A DNA stretch of 64,000 nucleotides from Candidatus Multivoradales bacterium (GCA_965223325.1 CBDCWI010000002.1:2912001-2976000), one strand, 5' to 3'. Positions 9,735-21,115 are shown, numbered from the stretch's first letter. A program made the numbers and translations. Notes: generated by a model from the sequence alone, not told the origin.

Positions 9735-12191
9735 CTACGGTAGGGTGACCGCCAACGCCGTCAGGTCGTCGTCGCGGTGGTAGGTCGCCGGATCGGGCAC
9801 CCTGCCTGCGCCAACGAAAATGTCCAGGTCTTCGAGCACGCCGTTGAGTAGGCCGCTGGCGCCACGGTGCGCATGACGCACCAGGCTCTCCTCGAGCCGA
9901 TCGAAACCAAACATTTCGTCTGTTCCCAGGCGGCGAGCTTCCACCAGGCCATCGCTCGACAGGAACAACGTCTCGCGTGCCTCGAGGCTCGCCGAGCGCT
10001 GCTCCACGAGCAGGCTCTCGCGCACACCGAGGGGATAGGCGACCGACTCGAGGGCGCGGATGTCGCCATCTTCATTGACCCGATACGGAAAGAGGTGTCC
10101 GGCGCTGGCGTATTCGACGCTGCCAGACTTCGGGTCGATAACCATGTAACAGAGGGTCGTCAGCAGACGCCGACGCGCGCTCTGATAGACGACGCGGTTG
10201 AGCGCCGTCATCACGTCGCGAACCTCGGGCCGAAAGGTCACCTGGACGGCGAGTGCTGAGCGCGCCATCGACATGATGAGCCCCGAAGACACGCCATGGC
10301 CCGCAACGTCACCAATGGCAACCGCCAGACGCCCGTCGTCGAGTGCCATCACGTCGTAGAAGTCGCCGCCCACTTCAGAGGCTGGAAGGTATCGGTGCGC
10401 GAGCTCGCAGCCATGAAGCTGCTCGGGCAGATCGGGAAGAATCGACGCCTGGATGTTGCGCGCCGTTTCGAGCTCGACCCGTTGCCGCTCGCGCTCGGCA
10501 ATGCGACGCACGTGCGGCGGCACGTCTTCGAACTGATATGCGTGCACCCGCTTGCTGGTGACGAAGCGCAACGACAGGAACATCGGGAGCGCCGCTAGGC
10601 CAACCGCCAGCCAGCCCTGGAACTGGAGCCCCGGATCGGCGGCCTGCATCAAGGGCAGCGCCTGAATGAGAACCGCCGCCACCAACTGGGCGAGTAGCGC
10701 CGTCAAGAGGTCATAGCGCAGGTACAAGAACACCGTCGCCGCCGCCGCGCCGACCCACAGCGGCAGACCGAAGGGAATCGGCAAAGCGACAAGCGGCGGG
10801 AAAAAGGCAATACCAGTCACCAGAGCAACGGCCGCTCCCGCTGCCCAGGGTCCAAAGCGCTCGACCAACGGAGGCAAGAGCAGGACCGTCGTGAACAGAC
10901 CGTAGGCGAGCGTGTAGGTCAGCTTCAAGAGCAGGACAGCGAGACCCGGAAAGGCCGCATGCTGCCACTGGGCGATCTGCCACGAGCCCAGAGTGACACC
11001 ACCGAACTCCTGCAGACCACCGGCGAAGGCCAGCGACGCCAGAGTGAGTGCGAGCCCTGCCACTACTCCACGCAGCGACGCCGAGGCGACCGTGTCGTTG
11101 GCGAAGTTTCCGCTGGCCAGGCCATCGAACGACGCCAGCTTCCTGCGCCACATGCCCTTGCTCCACGACTCACCCACCGACCAGGCCATGAAGGCGAGAG
11201 CCGCCAGGGCTGGCAAGTAGATGGCGATCTGAACTGCGCCCCAGAAGAACGTCACCTGCTCTCGGTTGAGGTTGCCAAAGGCAGAACCTTCAGCGGTCGC
11301 CCGCACCGTCATCAGCTGGACGAGAGTGAAGGCTACAAAAACCAGAATGAAGATGTGCACGCCGCGTCTAACGCCCACCACGCCTCGGTGGTAGCGGCGC
11401 ACAAACAGAATCGCCAGGGGCGGAAGCAGAACGAAGGGCACCAAGACCCACGCCGTCTGCAAGAGGCTGGCGGTGCGTAGAACAGCGTCGATGTCGCGGG
11501 CTGCCGGGTCTTCGGTCCAGGTCCTGAAGCCGGTCAGCTCATCGCCGGCAAAGCGCACCTCGAGGCCATAGCTGAGATCGGCGTCGAGCAGCCGCTCCTT
11601 GTCGCGGTAGCGCAGGTACAGGTCGCGCCGCTGCGGCCGATCGACGGTTCGAACCACCGGTGACTCGTAGTCGGCCAGGTCAACTCCCGCCGTCATCAGA
11701 AACAAGCGCGCCTTCTCCTCGGCAGTTTCGGCACTCAGCTCGCCGGTGTTGGCGTAGTCGTTGGGCACACCCTGCTGGAGGCCGAGCACAGTACCGTCGC
11801 TGCCCAAGACGACCTGGTACGACCACTCCTGGTTATCGGCGTCGTCTCGGTAGACACGCACGACCCAACCGTGCGCATAGGAGCGCAACCGCGAACGCAG
11901 AAAGACCTCTCGCTCGGGTGCCGAGCGCAAAAAGCGGGTCTCGAGCGGATCGGACGAGAAGTTGGTCGTCACCACGTAGGCGCTGGGGATCGGCTGACCG
12001 AAGTCACGCAGGCGCTCGAGAGCGACCTCCTGCGCCTCGTTCTGGTCGTACTCCCAGTCGGGTCCAACCGAGTACGGAAAGACCCTCGGGTGGAGAATCC
12101 ACACCAGGAGCGCGCAGGTAACCCCCACCACCAGAAGGCCTAGCGCTCCCAGGCGGCCGAGGAGTTGGTGTTCGTTCGAGGTAGCTGGCAT
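9735..12191 (-). CDS. Multi-TM sensor with C-terminal PP2C/SpoIIE (RsbU-like) phosphatase
   Basis: ELETARNIQASILP, VGGDFYD, IGDVAGHG, SAGH, SDGLVEA, DDLT; extracytoplasmic N-domain and many TM helices. Confidence 0.92.
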   Translation of the reverse strand: MPATSNEHQLLGRLGALGLLVVGVTCALLVWILHPRVFPYSVGPDWEYDQNEAQEVALERLRDFGQPIPSAYVVTTNFSSDPLETRFLRSAPEREVFLRSRLRSYAHGWVVRVYRDDADNQEWSYQVVLGSDGTVLGLQQGVPNDYANTGELSAETAEEKARLFLMTAGVDLADYESPVVRTVDRPQRRDLYLRYRDKERLLDADLSYGLEVRFAGDELTGFRTWTEDPAARDIDAVLRTASLLQTAWVLVPFVLLPPLAILFVRRYHRGVVGVRRGVHIFILVFVAFTLVQLMTVRATAEGSAFGNLNREQVTFFWGAVQIAIYLPALAALAFMAWSVGESWSKGMWRRKLASFDGLASGNFANDTVASASLRGVVAGLALTLASLAFAGGLQEFGGVTLGSWQIAQWQHAAFPGLAVLLLKLTYTLAYGLFTTVLLLPPLVERFGPWAAGAAVALVTGIAFFPPLVALPIPFGLPLWVGAAAATVFLYLRYDLLTALLAQLVAAVLIQALPLMQAADPGLQFQGWLAVGLAALPMFLSLRFVTSKRVHAYQFEDVPPHVRRIAERERQRVELETARNIQASILPDLPEQLHGCELAHRYLPASEVGGDFYDVMALDDGRLAVAIGDVAGHGVSSGLIMSMARSALAVQVTFRPEVRDVMTALNRVVYQSARRRLLTTLCYMVIDPKSGSVEYASAGHLFPYRVNEDGDIRALESVAYPLGVRESLLVEQRSASLEARETLFLSSDGLVEARRLGTDEMFGFDRLEESLVRHAHRGASGLLNGVLEDLDIFVGAGRVPDPATYHRDDDLTALAVTLP

Positions 12192-12288
12192 GGCGCGCGG
12201 AAGAACCGAAAGTGAGCCTGGGAGGGGCTGTTCGGCCCCTCTACTTACGAAGCGGAACGGCCCCGGGTTCCAGGCGAATGGCCGCCGC

Positions 12289-13536
12289 TCAGGTCAGGTT
12301 CGAGATCAAGGCATCGCCGTACTCAGACGTCTTGAGCAGCTTTGCGCCGTCCATCTGACGCTCGAGGTCATAGGTCACGCGCTTCTGGTTGATTGTTTCG
12401 CTGATCGCCTTCTCGATGCTATCGGCGGCTTCCGTCCAGCCGAGCCAGCGGAACATCATGACGCCCGAGAGGATCACCGAGCTTGGGTTGACCTTGTCCT
12501 GGCCGGCATACTTCGGCGCCGTGCCGTGAGTAGCCTCGAACAGCGCCACCCCGTCGCCCTCATTCGAGCCGGGAGCCAGGCCCAGGCCACCGACCTGTGC
12601 GGCCAGCGCATCCGAAAGATAGTCGCCGTTGAGATTGGTAGTTGCAACCACCTCGTACTCGTCCGGGCGCAAGAGAACCTGCTGGAACATCGCATCGGCA
12701 ATGCGGTCCTTGATCAGGATCTTGCCGTCGGGCAGTTTGCCATTGTGGTTGTCCCACATGTCGTCTTCAGAGATGGTCACGTCGCCATACTCATCCTTTG
12801 CAAGTTCGTAGCCCCAATCGCGGAAGGCACCCTCGGTGAACTTCATGATGTTGCCTTTGTGCACCAGGGTCACACTCTTGCGGCCGTTGGCAATCGCATA
12901 CTCGATGGCCTTCTTGACCAGACGTTTCGAGCCGGTGATCGACACCGGCTTGATGCCAACACCAGAGTCCTCGCGCACCGCCTTGCCCATTGGGCCATTG
13001 AGAAAGTCGATGACCTTCTTGGCTTCGGCGCCGTTGGCTTCCCACTCGATTCCTGAGTACACGTCTTCGGTGTTCTCACGGAAGAGCACCATGTCGACCT
13101 TCTCGGGTGCCTTGACCGGCGAGGGCACACCGTCGTACCACTTGACCGGGCGCACGCAGGCGTAGAGATCGAGAATCTGCCGCAGCGACACGTTGAGGCT
13201 GCGAATGCCGCCGCCGACCGGAGTCGTCAGCGGTCCCTTGATTGCACAGCGATAGTGCTGAATGGCTTCGGGAGTCTGACCCGGCAGCCACTCGCCGGTC
13301 CCGGCGTGCGCCTTCTCACCCGCCAGGATCTCCAGCCAGGCAATCTTCTTCGAGCCGCCGTAGCTCTTCTCGACCGCCGCATCGAAGACCCGCACCGAAG
13401 CCGCCCAGATGTCGGGGCCGATGCCGTCACCCTCGATGAACGGAATGATGGGGTGATCCGGTACCTGGATCTGGCCGTTTTCGAAGCCGATTTCCTGCCC
13501 GTCGGCAGGCGGAGTGAGGTCATAGGACGCAGCCAT
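12289..13536 (-). CDS. icd: NADP-dependent isocitrate dehydrogenase
   Basis: [62 protein letters not shown]; ATG 13536 after AAAGGAG. Confidence 0.97.
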   Translation of the reverse strand: MAASYDLTPPADGQEIGFENGQIQVPDHPIIPFIEGDGIGPDIWAASVRVFDAAVEKSYGGSKKIAWLEILAGEKAHAGTGEWLPGQTPEAIQHYRCAIKGPLTTPVGGGIRSLNVSLRQILDLYACVRPVKWYDGVPSPVKAPEKVDMVLFRENTEDVYSGIEWEANGAEAKKVIDFLNGPMGKAVREDSGVGIKPVSITGSKRLVKKAIEYAIANGRKSVTLVHKGNIMKFTEGAFRDWGYELAKDEYGDVTISEDDMWDNHNGKLPDGKILIKDRIADAMFQQVLLRPDEYEVVATTNLNGDYLSDALAAQVGGLGLAPGSNEGDGVALFEATHGTAPKYAGQDKVNPSSVILSGVMMFRWLGWTEAADSIEKAISETINQKRVTYDLERQMDGAKLLKTSEYGDALISNLT

Positions 13537-13855
13537 GGCGCGTTCTCCTTTCGAGGGGCTCCTGCGGCCCCCAGGATCTGATGAGCGGGTTCCCCGCGCG
13601 CTGGTATGAAGGCCGCAAACGGTGCGACGGTCGCCCCTTTTGCCAGTGGTGGCGCGAGGACCTGTTCCGTTCGAAGGACGGTCCGAAGAGGTGGCGCGGA
13701 TAGAGACTCGAAGATACCACGCCGGCCAACCCACGATCGCAAACGGAAAGGCCGCGCGGGCTACGCTCAGAAGGACCCTTCGGGGCTTGAAACCCGCCGC
13801 GCCGCGGGTTCCCTCGCCGTGGCCGGAGGTGATCTCAGCCCGGACGCGACTCGCT

Positions 13856-15049
13856 CTATCCGGCGTCGCGACCTAGCTGAACCAGGCCCTCAGGAGACGT
13901 GGGCGCCGGCGCCGCGGGACCTTCGGTTGATCCCGCCTCTGGAGGTTCAACCGGAGTCGCACGACGGCGGCGCAGGTTCCAGTAGAACGCTTCACGACGC
14001 TGGCTGCAGGTCTGGCAGCTGCCCACCGGCCTGCCAGACGCCAATCCGCCTTTGATCTCGGCGAGCAGACCGGACCTGGCCAGCGACGCGTAGTCGGTGC
14101 CGGGGAACGCGCCCACCGGTTCTTGACCCCAGAACTGGCAAGGGGCGACGACACCATTGGGGCGCACGACATAGATGTACGATGGCCAGGCGCAGCCCTG
14201 CAGTCGCTCGATGTGACGGTAACGGGCGTACTCGAAGCGTTCGAGGCCGACCTTCCAGCGCCACAAGGAGCGCTTGATGCGGCCAAAGCGCGAGCGCGGC
14301 ATCTCAGAATCCGCTTCGTAGCTGGGGAACTGACCGAGTCGCAGGCCACGACGCGCTGCGTCCTCGGCGCACTGGCGCAACTCGCTCTGCAGAACCGCAG
14401 GGTCTTCACAATCGAGCAGCTCGGGTGTTGTGTCGACTCCTGGTGTCGGCACGACGAAGCGCACGTCGAGCTCGGAAAAGCCCCATTTCTCCGCGAATGC
14501 CGGGAGAAGTGCCAGTTCGTCACGGTTGGTCTTCATCCAGGTGAAGGTCAAGCGCAGTTCGGTACGCGTCCCTTTGCGCACGCTGTTGAAGAGTTCGAGG
14601 CACTTCAAGAGGCGCTCGAACTTGCCACCGACCCGAATGCTCTCGTAGACCGCCGGGGTGACGCCGTCCATCGAGACGCCCACCCGCGCGATACCGGCAT
14701 CGCAGATCGCCTCGGCCTTCTTCTCGGTGAGTGCCAGCAAGTTGGTCGGGAACCAGGCATCAGGCACCTTGTAGCGCCCCGTGATCTCGACCATGTCGAT
14801 GAAGTTGGGGTGAATGAGCGGCTCGGCAGCACACGCGAGCACCACCCGCCAGGCGCGCGGAAAGAGTTCGGCCGCAACCTCCCGGAACACCTCAAGCGGC
14901 ATCATGCCGCGCGGGTCGAGCTCGCGGTCGAAGGGCTCGAAGCGAATGCGCTCGTGGGCGCTGAAGTGGCACATGCGGCACTTCAAGTTGCACTTCTCGG
15001 TCATGTCCATGATGACCAGAAGTGGGCGCCGGAGCGCATGGGTCGACAT
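13856..15049 (-). CDS. Radical SAM protein with SPASM/twitch domain
   Basis: CNLKCRMC (CX3CX2C), EPLIHP, SMDG; C-terminal CAWP...PC...CQTC. Confidence 0.9.
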   Translation of the reverse strand: MSTHALRRPLLVIMDMTEKCNLKCRMCHFSAHERIRFEPFDRELDPRGMMPLEVFREVAAELFPRAWRVVLACAAEPLIHPNFIDMVEITGRYKVPDAWFPTNLLALTEKKAEAICDAGIARVGVSMDGVTPAVYESIRVGGKFERLLKCLELFNSVRKGTRTELRLTFTWMKTNRDELALLPAFAEKWGFSELDVRFVVPTPGVDTTPELLDCEDPAVLQSELRQCAEDAARRGLRLGQFPSYEADSEMPRSRFGRIKRSLWRWKVGLERFEYARYRHIERLQGCAWPSYIYVVRPNGVVAPCQFWGQEPVGAFPGTDYASLARSGLLAEIKGGLASGRPVGSCQTCSQRREAFYWNLRRRRATPVEPPEAGSTEGPAAPAPTSPEGLVQLGRDAG

Positions 15050-15179
15050 GGCTGGATCCTACAACCATGATTCGCCGCACGCTGTTGCACGGTGTCGTTG
15101 CGCGGGGTCATTTCGCACTGTCGCCGCGCCGGGGTGTGGCGGAGTGGACGGTGCCGCCTGGTCTGTAGGATTGCTTGCC

Positions 15180-15932
15180 ATGTGCGGCCGCTACACACTC
15201 ACCAAGCCAGGCGACGCACTGACTGGCATGGGCGAGATCGATACCACCCTGGCCGAAGACTTCGACGCCTCGGGACCCCGCGAGCGGGTCCTCGAAGCGC
15301 GCTGGAACATCGCCCCGACGCAGAGCGTCCTGGTGCTCCGCCCGCAGCGCCAGGAGCCCACCGCGCTCGAAGCCATGGCGATGCGCTGGGGGCTCATCCC
15401 GCACTGGGCCAAGAAGATCGGCAAGCCGCTGATCAATGCCCGCTCTGAAACGGTGGCCACCACCGCCTCGTTTCGCGACAGCTACAAGAAGCGCCGCTGC
15501 CTGGTGGCGGCCGACGGCTTCTACGAGTGGGGACCGAGTGACCTGGGTCGCCAGCCGCACTACTTCCGCAAGAGCGGCGGCCCTCCGTTCTGGTTCGCCG
15601 GAATCTGGTCGATCTGGTCGCCACCGGAGAGCCAATTGACCGAGGGAATCGGACCCCAAAAGGTGCGCTCCTGTGCGGTGTTGACCACCGAAGCGAACGC
15701 CGTTCTTGAGGGTGTGCACGACCGGATGCCAGTGATTCTCGGCAACGACCAGGCACGCCGTTGGATCGAAGCCGACACCGGGGCGGACGAGCTCGCCGCG
15801 CTCTGCCGTCCACTCGACCCCGCTGCGATGGAGGTCTGGCCGGTTGGCCGAGCGGTCAACAAAGTCGCCAACGAAGGCGCGGCCCTACTCGATCCGGCTG
15901 AGCCCGAAAGCGAGAACCTGACGCTCTTCTAG
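15180..15932 (+). CDS. SOS response-associated peptidase (SRAP/YedK-like abasic-site protein)
   Basis: MCGRY start, WNIAPTQ, WGLIP, INARSET, ADGFYEW, HDRMPVIL. Confidence 0.95.
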   Translation: MCGRYTLTKPGDALTGMGEIDTTLAEDFDASGPRERVLEARWNIAPTQSVLVLRPQRQEPTALEAMAMRWGLIPHWAKKIGKPLINARSETVATTASFRDSYKKRRCLVAADGFYEWGPSDLGRQPHYFRKSGGPPFWFAGIWSIWSPPESQLTEGIGPQKVRSCAVLTTEANAVLEGVHDRMPVILGNDQARRWIEADTGADELAALCRPLDPAAMEVWPVGRAVNKVANEGAALLDPAEPESENLTLF

Positions 15933-16061
15933 CAACTGGTACCTATGGGCGCGCGGGCACCGGCGTCGAACAGATAGGCTCGGCGCTCACGAGTCCAAGA
16001 AACCCGGCCGACCGGCTCCTCAGGTTGTTCGGCAACCCGACCGCAGAAGGGCCCTCTCCCA

Positions 16062-17345
16062 ATGAAGCACGTGACCTCACGCAATCCTCTGCTCTTCCTA
16101 CCCCTCTGCGCACTGCTACAGGCGCATGTGCCTGCGCCCGGTCTTGCCGACGAATGGCCACAGTGGCGCGGCCCCGACCGCACCGGTGTCTCACAGGAGA
16201 CCGGCCTGGCCGACGCCTGGCCAGCGGACGGACCGCAAGAGGTCTGGCGGGTTGACTTTCTGGGAGAAGGCTACGGCGCCGTCGCAGTCACTGGCGATCG
16301 CCTCTTCGTCCAGGGCACCCGCGACGGCGAGAGCATCGTGTTCGCGCTCGACAAGCAGAACGGCAAGGAGATCTGGAGCCACTCGCTCGGACCACGCCTC
16401 ATTCAAGACAAGGGCAACGGGCCACGCTCGACACCAACGGTGAAGGGCGACACCGTCTACGTCGTCAACGGCCAGGGCCAGGTCGCTGCCCTGGCGGGTG
16501 AAGACGGATCCTTGCGCTGGCAGGTCGACATGCTCGAACGCTTCGGAGCCAGTAACCCACGCTGGGGCATCAGTGAATCGCCGCTGGTCGAAGACGACGC
16601 GATCTACGTCATGCCGGGCGGCACGAAGGCCACCGTTGCGGCGCTCGATCCACGGACCGGCGAGACCATCTGGACCTCGAGCGGTTTGACTGACCGTGCC
16701 TCGTACTCGTCGTTGGTCCCGATGCGGGTCGGCAACATCGACGCGCTCGTCGGCTTTACCCAGTCGGCCGGAATCGGCCTGAAGAAGAGCGACGGTTCGC
16801 TCCTATGGCGCTATGAAGCGCCTGCCAACCGTACGGCCAACGCCGCGACCCCGGTGATCGGTCGCGACCTGGTCTTCTACAGCTCCGCCTACGGCACCGG
16901 CGGCGGCGCTCTGCGATTGATGGCAACAGCCAACGGCATCGAAACCGAAGAAGCATGGTTCGAAGCCAGGCTGCAGAACCATCACGGCGGCGTCGTGCTC
17001 TACGACGACCACCTCTACGGCTTCTTCGGGCCAGCTCTCGGTTGCATCGAGCTCGAGACCGGCGAGACCAAGTGGCGCGCCCGCAGCGTCGGCAAAGGGT
17101 CTTTGACCATCGCCGACGGCAAGCTCTTCCTGCTCAGCGAGCGCCGGGGAGTGGCGCTGGCCGAAGCAACACCTGATGGCTATCGCGAACGCGGTCGGTT
17201 CGAAATCGAAGACCGCGGTCAACCCACCTGGGCCTACCCGGTCGTCAGCGGCGGCCGTCTCTACATCCGTAACCAGAACCTGCTGCGGGTCTTCGACGTG
17301 GCAGCGGGAGGAGCACAGCCGACATCGGGCGGGGCCGGTCGATGA
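16062..17345 (+). CDS. PQQ-like beta-propeller repeat protein, secreted
   Basis: Signal peptide, WPQWRGPDR, repeated LD..G...W propeller motifs, PVVSGGRLYIR. Confidence 0.9.
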   Translation: MKHVTSRNPLLFLPLCALLQAHVPAPGLADEWPQWRGPDRTGVSQETGLADAWPADGPQEVWRVDFLGEGYGAVAVTGDRLFVQGTRDGESIVFALDKQNGKEIWSHSLGPRLIQDKGNGPRSTPTVKGDTVYVVNGQGQVAALAGEDGSLRWQVDMLERFGASNPRWGISESPLVEDDAIYVMPGGTKATVAALDPRTGETIWTSSGLTDRASYSSLVPMRVGNIDALVGFTQSAGIGLKKSDGSLLWRYEAPANRTANAATPVIGRDLVFYSSAYGTGGGALRLMATANGIETEEAWFEARLQNHHGGVVLYDDHLYGFFGPALGCIELETGETKWRARSVGKGSLTIADGKLFLLSERRGVALAEATPDGYRERGRFEIEDRGQPTWAYPVVSGGRLYIRNQNLLRVFDVAAGGAQPTSGGAGR

Positions 17346-19015
17346 AAAGCCGGCTCGCTGTGGGTGGCGGCGCTTTGGCGCTCGCCTTTCTCTTCATGCT
17401 GCTGACAACCCTCGGCCAACCCTTGGCGGCCGACAACGAAATGCCGCCAGTGTTCGAAACCGCGCAAGGCTACTTCGCCGGTATGGCGATGAACGACGCC
17501 GACACCGTGCGCGGTTTCCTCGGCATTCCCTACGCTTTACCCCCGGTGGGTGACCTGCGCTTCAAACCACCGGTGAGAATCAAGGACTCCGGTTTCATCG
17601 AGGCCGTCGTACCGGGACCGATCTGTCCACAGCCTCCCTACCCAGCGAACTCGGTCTACGCCCGCCCGGCTGAGGAGCAAAACGAGGACTGCCTCTATCT
17701 CAACGTGTGGACCGGCGCAGAGGCGCAAAGCGATCGCTTGCCGGTGATGGTGTGGATCCACGGTGGCGGTCTGGCCCGTGGTTCTGGCAGTACCCCCGCC
17801 TACGATGGAACGAAACTGGCCGAGCGGGGTGTGGTCGTGGTATCGATCAACTACCGCCTCGGCGCTCTCGGCTACATGGCGCACCCTGCCCTCTCAGCGG
17901 AATCCGAGCACGGCTCCTCGGGCAACTACGGCGTGCTCGACCAGATCGAAGCGCTGCACTGGGTCAAGAACAACATTCACCATTTCGGCGGCGACGCCGA
18001 ACGGGTCCTGATTTTTGGTGAGTCGGCAGGTTCACGCTCGGTCGCCGCGCTCATGGCTTCGCCGCTGGCGCGCGGGCTGTTCCACCGCGTCATTGGCCAA
18101 AGCGGCGGCATGTTCGGGCCGATGGCGCGCCTGGCTCAGGATCGTCCAGGGCTTCCCGCGGCAGAGACCTCGGGGCAGGCGTTCGTTGACGCACTCGGCG
18201 CGCTGGACGGCCTCGACGAAGAAGCCAAGGGCGACCCGAAACAGGTCGCCCGAGCGTTGCGTGAGATCCCGGTCGAACGATTGATCGAGCGACCAACCAC
18301 CGTCACGGAAGGCTACGGCCCGAACGTCGACGGATGGATTCTTCCGCGCGAAGTCTTCGCTACTTTCAACGCCGGTGAGCAAGCCGATGTGCCGCTCATC
18401 GTGGGTTCAAACCGTGATGAGGCGACCGTGCTCGTCGGTCACTTGATTCCGGGCAGCCGAAAAGATCTCATGGCCTGGGCAGGAGAACGCTACGGTGCAC
18501 TCGGCGGTGAGCTCCTGGAGGTCTACCCGCCCCGGAACGCGAACGACCAGGCCAGACCTTTTCTCTCCGCGTACCGCGACGAGCGCTACACCTGGGAGAT
18601 GCGCACCTGGGCACGCGCCATGAGGCAGGTCTCGTCTCCGGCCTACATGTACCGCTTCAACCGCGCTCCACCGCTCGCCGGCAACGACAAGCTCGGCGCC
18701 TTTCACGCCGCCGAGATTCCCTACGCGTTCAACAACATCGAGAGCGTGAGTTGGCAACCCGCCGCCGTCGATCACAGGATCTCCGAGCTCATGGCGACCT
18801 GGTGGACGAACTTCGCAAAGACCGGCGACCCCAACCAAGGCAAGACCATCGCCGACTCACCGTCCTGGCCCGTCTTCGATGGTGAGGAGACCTACCTCGA
18901 GATCGGCGAGGACATCACCGTCGAGAAGAGACTCGCCGAGCGCGAGATCGACTGGATGGACCGGGTCTTCGACGCTCGGCGAGCTCTGTCGAACGACCAG
19001 GTTTCACACGACTGA
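17342..19015 (+). CDS. Type-B carboxylesterase/lipase, secreted
   Basis: FLGIPYA, EDCLYLNVW, WIHGGG, NYRLG, GESAG nucleophile, GAFHAAE; ATGA overlap with the upstream gene. Confidence 0.95.
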   Translation: MKSRLAVGGGALALAFLFMLLTTLGQPLAADNEMPPVFETAQGYFAGMAMNDADTVRGFLGIPYALPPVGDLRFKPPVRIKDSGFIEAVVPGPICPQPPYPANSVYARPAEEQNEDCLYLNVWTGAEAQSDRLPVMVWIHGGGLARGSGSTPAYDGTKLAERGVVVVSINYRLGALGYMAHPALSAESEHGSSGNYGVLDQIEALHWVKNNIHHFGGDAERVLIFGESAGSRSVAALMASPLARGLFHRVIGQSGGMFGPMARLAQDRPGLPAAETSGQAFVDALGALDGLDEEAKGDPKQVARALREIPVERLIERPTTVTEGYGPNVDGWILPREVFATFNAGEQADVPLIVGSNRDEATVLVGHLIPGSRKDLMAWAGERYGALGGELLEVYPPRNANDQARPFLSAYRDERYTWEMRTWARAMRQVSSPAYMYRFNRAPPLAGNDKLGAFHAAEIPYAFNNIESVSWQPAAVDHRISELMATWWTNFAKTGDPNQGKTIADSPSWPVFDGEETYLEIGEDITVEKRLAEREIDWMDRVFDARRALSNDQVSHD

Positions 19016-19153
19016 TCTCCGTTCTACCGAGGGCGGGAGCTCCGGAGATCGTTCTGTATGGTCTAGTTGTCGTTCTCCCTTCGACAACTGGCTGCCGACG
19101 CACACGGCTTCTCCACGAGGCCGAGTTCTGAAGCGTCGCTGGAGGCCTCGCCG

Positions 19154-20491
19154 ATGAATCGTTTAGTCCAGCTCCTGGTTCGCTTCTTCCTGCGCTGGGT
19201 CCCCGACTCTTTCGTCGTTGCGGGAGTGCTCTCGCTTTTGACCTTTGTTCTCGCGGTCACGGCAGCGGGCTACGGCGTCGTGGACACCCTCGACGCCTGG
19301 GGTGACAGCTTCTGGAACCTCCTCGAGTTTACGAACCAGATCACGTTGACCCTGCTCTTCGGCTACGCGCTGGCGAACACTCCGCCGGTGCGGCGTGGCC
19401 TTCTCCGTCTCGCCGGTCTGGTGCGTTCGCCGACGATGGCCTACGCCGGCGCCTGCTTGGTCACCGGAGTGGCGGCCATGCTCTCCTGGGGGCTGAGCCT
19501 GATCGTCGCCGGGATCACCTCACGGGCGATCGGGGAAGCCTGCCGCCGCAACGGCGTCCAGGTGCACTATCCACTGCTGGTGGCTTCGGCGTTTTCGGGA
19601 TTCGTCATCTGGCATCAGGGCCTCTCCAGTTCGATTGGCCTGGTGCTGGCAACGCCCGGGCACTTCCTCGAAGATCGCATCGGGCTGGTTCCGGCCTCCG
19701 AAACGATCTTCAACATATGGAACTTCGGCCTCGCCTTTTTCGTGTTGGTGACCCTGCCAATCCTGATGTCGCGCCTGGCGCCCAAAGACCCGGGTGACAT
19801 CGAACCCATCCCCGAAGCGCTGATGCCCTCTGGCGACGGCACCGCCAAGACGAGCGGGGCCACGGCGCTCACCCCAGCCATGCGCCTGGAGCGTTCGCCG
19901 ATCCTCATGCTCTTGATGGTCGCCTGCGGCGGGTTCTACATCTACACCCACTTCATCGTGCGCGGCAACGGACTGACCCTCGACATCTTCAACTTCTTGT
20001 TCCTGGTCGTCGGCATCCTGCTCGCCGGCTCGCTGGTGCGCTACGTGCAAATCATCGTCGAAGGAGGCCAGGTGGCGGCGCCCTTCCTCCTGCAGTACCC
20101 CTTCTACTCGGGTATTGCGGGCGTCATGGGTGCCTCCGGCCTCGCCCAGATGGTGGTCAACTTCTTCGTGCGCATTTCAACTCCCGAGACCCTGCCCTTC
20201 TTCGCGTTCTTCAGCGGCGGCCTGCTCAACCTGTTCATTCCTTCCGGTGGAGGGCAATGGGCCGTACAGGGGCCGATCATTCTCGAAGCTGCCTTCGCCG
20301 TCGGTGCCGACATCCCGCGCACCGCGATGGGAGTCGCGCTCGGCGACCAGTGGACCAATCTCATCCAGCCGCTGGCGATCGTCCCGGTCCTCGCCATCGC
20401 CCAGATCCCTCTGTCGAAGATCATGGGCTATTGCTTCGTGGCGGTGATTTATACCGGAACGGTCTTCTCGCTGGCGCTCTTGTTGTTCTAG
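19154..20491 (+). CDS. Short-chain fatty acid transporter (AtoE family)
   Basis: Highly hydrophobic; PDSFV, HYPLLVA, QYPFYSGI, FIPSGGGQWAVQGP, GDQWTNLIQP. Confidence 0.88.
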   Translation: MNRLVQLLVRFFLRWVPDSFVVAGVLSLLTFVLAVTAAGYGVVDTLDAWGDSFWNLLEFTNQITLTLLFGYALANTPPVRRGLLRLAGLVRSPTMAYAGACLVTGVAAMLSWGLSLIVAGITSRAIGEACRRNGVQVHYPLLVASAFSGFVIWHQGLSSSIGLVLATPGHFLEDRIGLVPASETIFNIWNFGLAFFVLVTLPILMSRLAPKDPGDIEPIPEALMPSGDGTAKTSGATALTPAMRLERSPILMLLMVACGGFYIYTHFIVRGNGLTLDIFNFLFLVVGILLAGSLVRYVQIIVEGGQVAAPFLLQYPFYSGIAGVMGASGLAQMVVNFFVRISTPETLPFFAFFSGGLLNLFIPSGGGQWAVQGPIILEAAFAVGADIPRTAMGVALGDQWTNLIQPLAIVPVLAIAQIPLSKIMGYCFVAVIYTGTVFSLALLLF

Positions 20492-20560
20492 GTCGCCCTT
20501 CGAGGGTCCACCGGAACAGGCGAAACCCGGCGGCTACTGCTGTCCCTGCAATCGGTCCCG

Positions 20561-21094
20561 TCAATGATGCATCGACTGGCCCATCGCCAACGCCCGATGA
20601 TGGTTGCGATGGTGCTTGCCGAGGCTCAAGAAACCGAAGAGACCCAGCCCGCGAATGCGCGCCCTCTCTTCGTCCTGATCGCTTGCGAGAGTAAGAACAA
20701 GCGCATCCCCCCGGTCGTCGAGCTCGACGCTCCATCCACGGTACTTCCCCATCATCGCAACGTGCATCGGGAGCATGCGTCGGGCCGCCGCCATCACGCG
20801 ATCACTGCCCGTGACCTTTGCCGTGAGGCCAGAAGGCGTCTCGGCTTCGTCGACTTCGGCGTCCATCGTCAACCGATGCATATCAACCAGGTGCTCGCGC
20901 AAGGCACGGATGTCCACCTTGCTCCAGTCTGTCGCCGCGCTCTCAGTCAGCGAATCGACCGTTTCCGCGAGCGCGGCGAAGATGTCGTTACCGAGCTCGG
21001 TGGCTTGCGAATGAACCGAAGACGGAAGGGCACCGAAAAGGGCGAGGACGAGGACTACGAGCAAGGGAACGGCAGGCGACTTCTTTGCGATCAT
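20561..21094 (-). CDS. Secreted His/Met-rich hypothetical protein, possible metal binder
   Basis: Signal peptide, LREHLVDMH, MLPMHVAMM, C-terminal KHHRNHH...MHH; AAGGAG RBS. Confidence 0.8.
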   Translation of the reverse strand: MIAKKSPAVPLLVVLVLALFGALPSSVHSQATELGNDIFAALAETVDSLTESAATDWSKVDIRALREHLVDMHRLTMDAEVDEAETPSGLTAKVTGSDRVMAAARRMLPMHVAMMGKYRGWSVELDDRGDALVLTLASDQDEERARIRGLGLFGFLSLGKHHRNHHRALAMGQSMHH

Positions 21095-21115
21095 AAAGCA
21101 CTCCTTTCACAAGGG

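Noticed and set aside
13578-13601. Hammerhead-like CTGATGA followed by a GCGGG/CCCGC stem upstream of icd
   Set aside because: The required GAAA after stem II is absent (GCGC instead) and no stems I/III were found.
13856-15049. Radical SAM/SPASM protein as a RiPP maturase
   Set aside because: No credible precursor peptide, RRE domain or transporter nearby.
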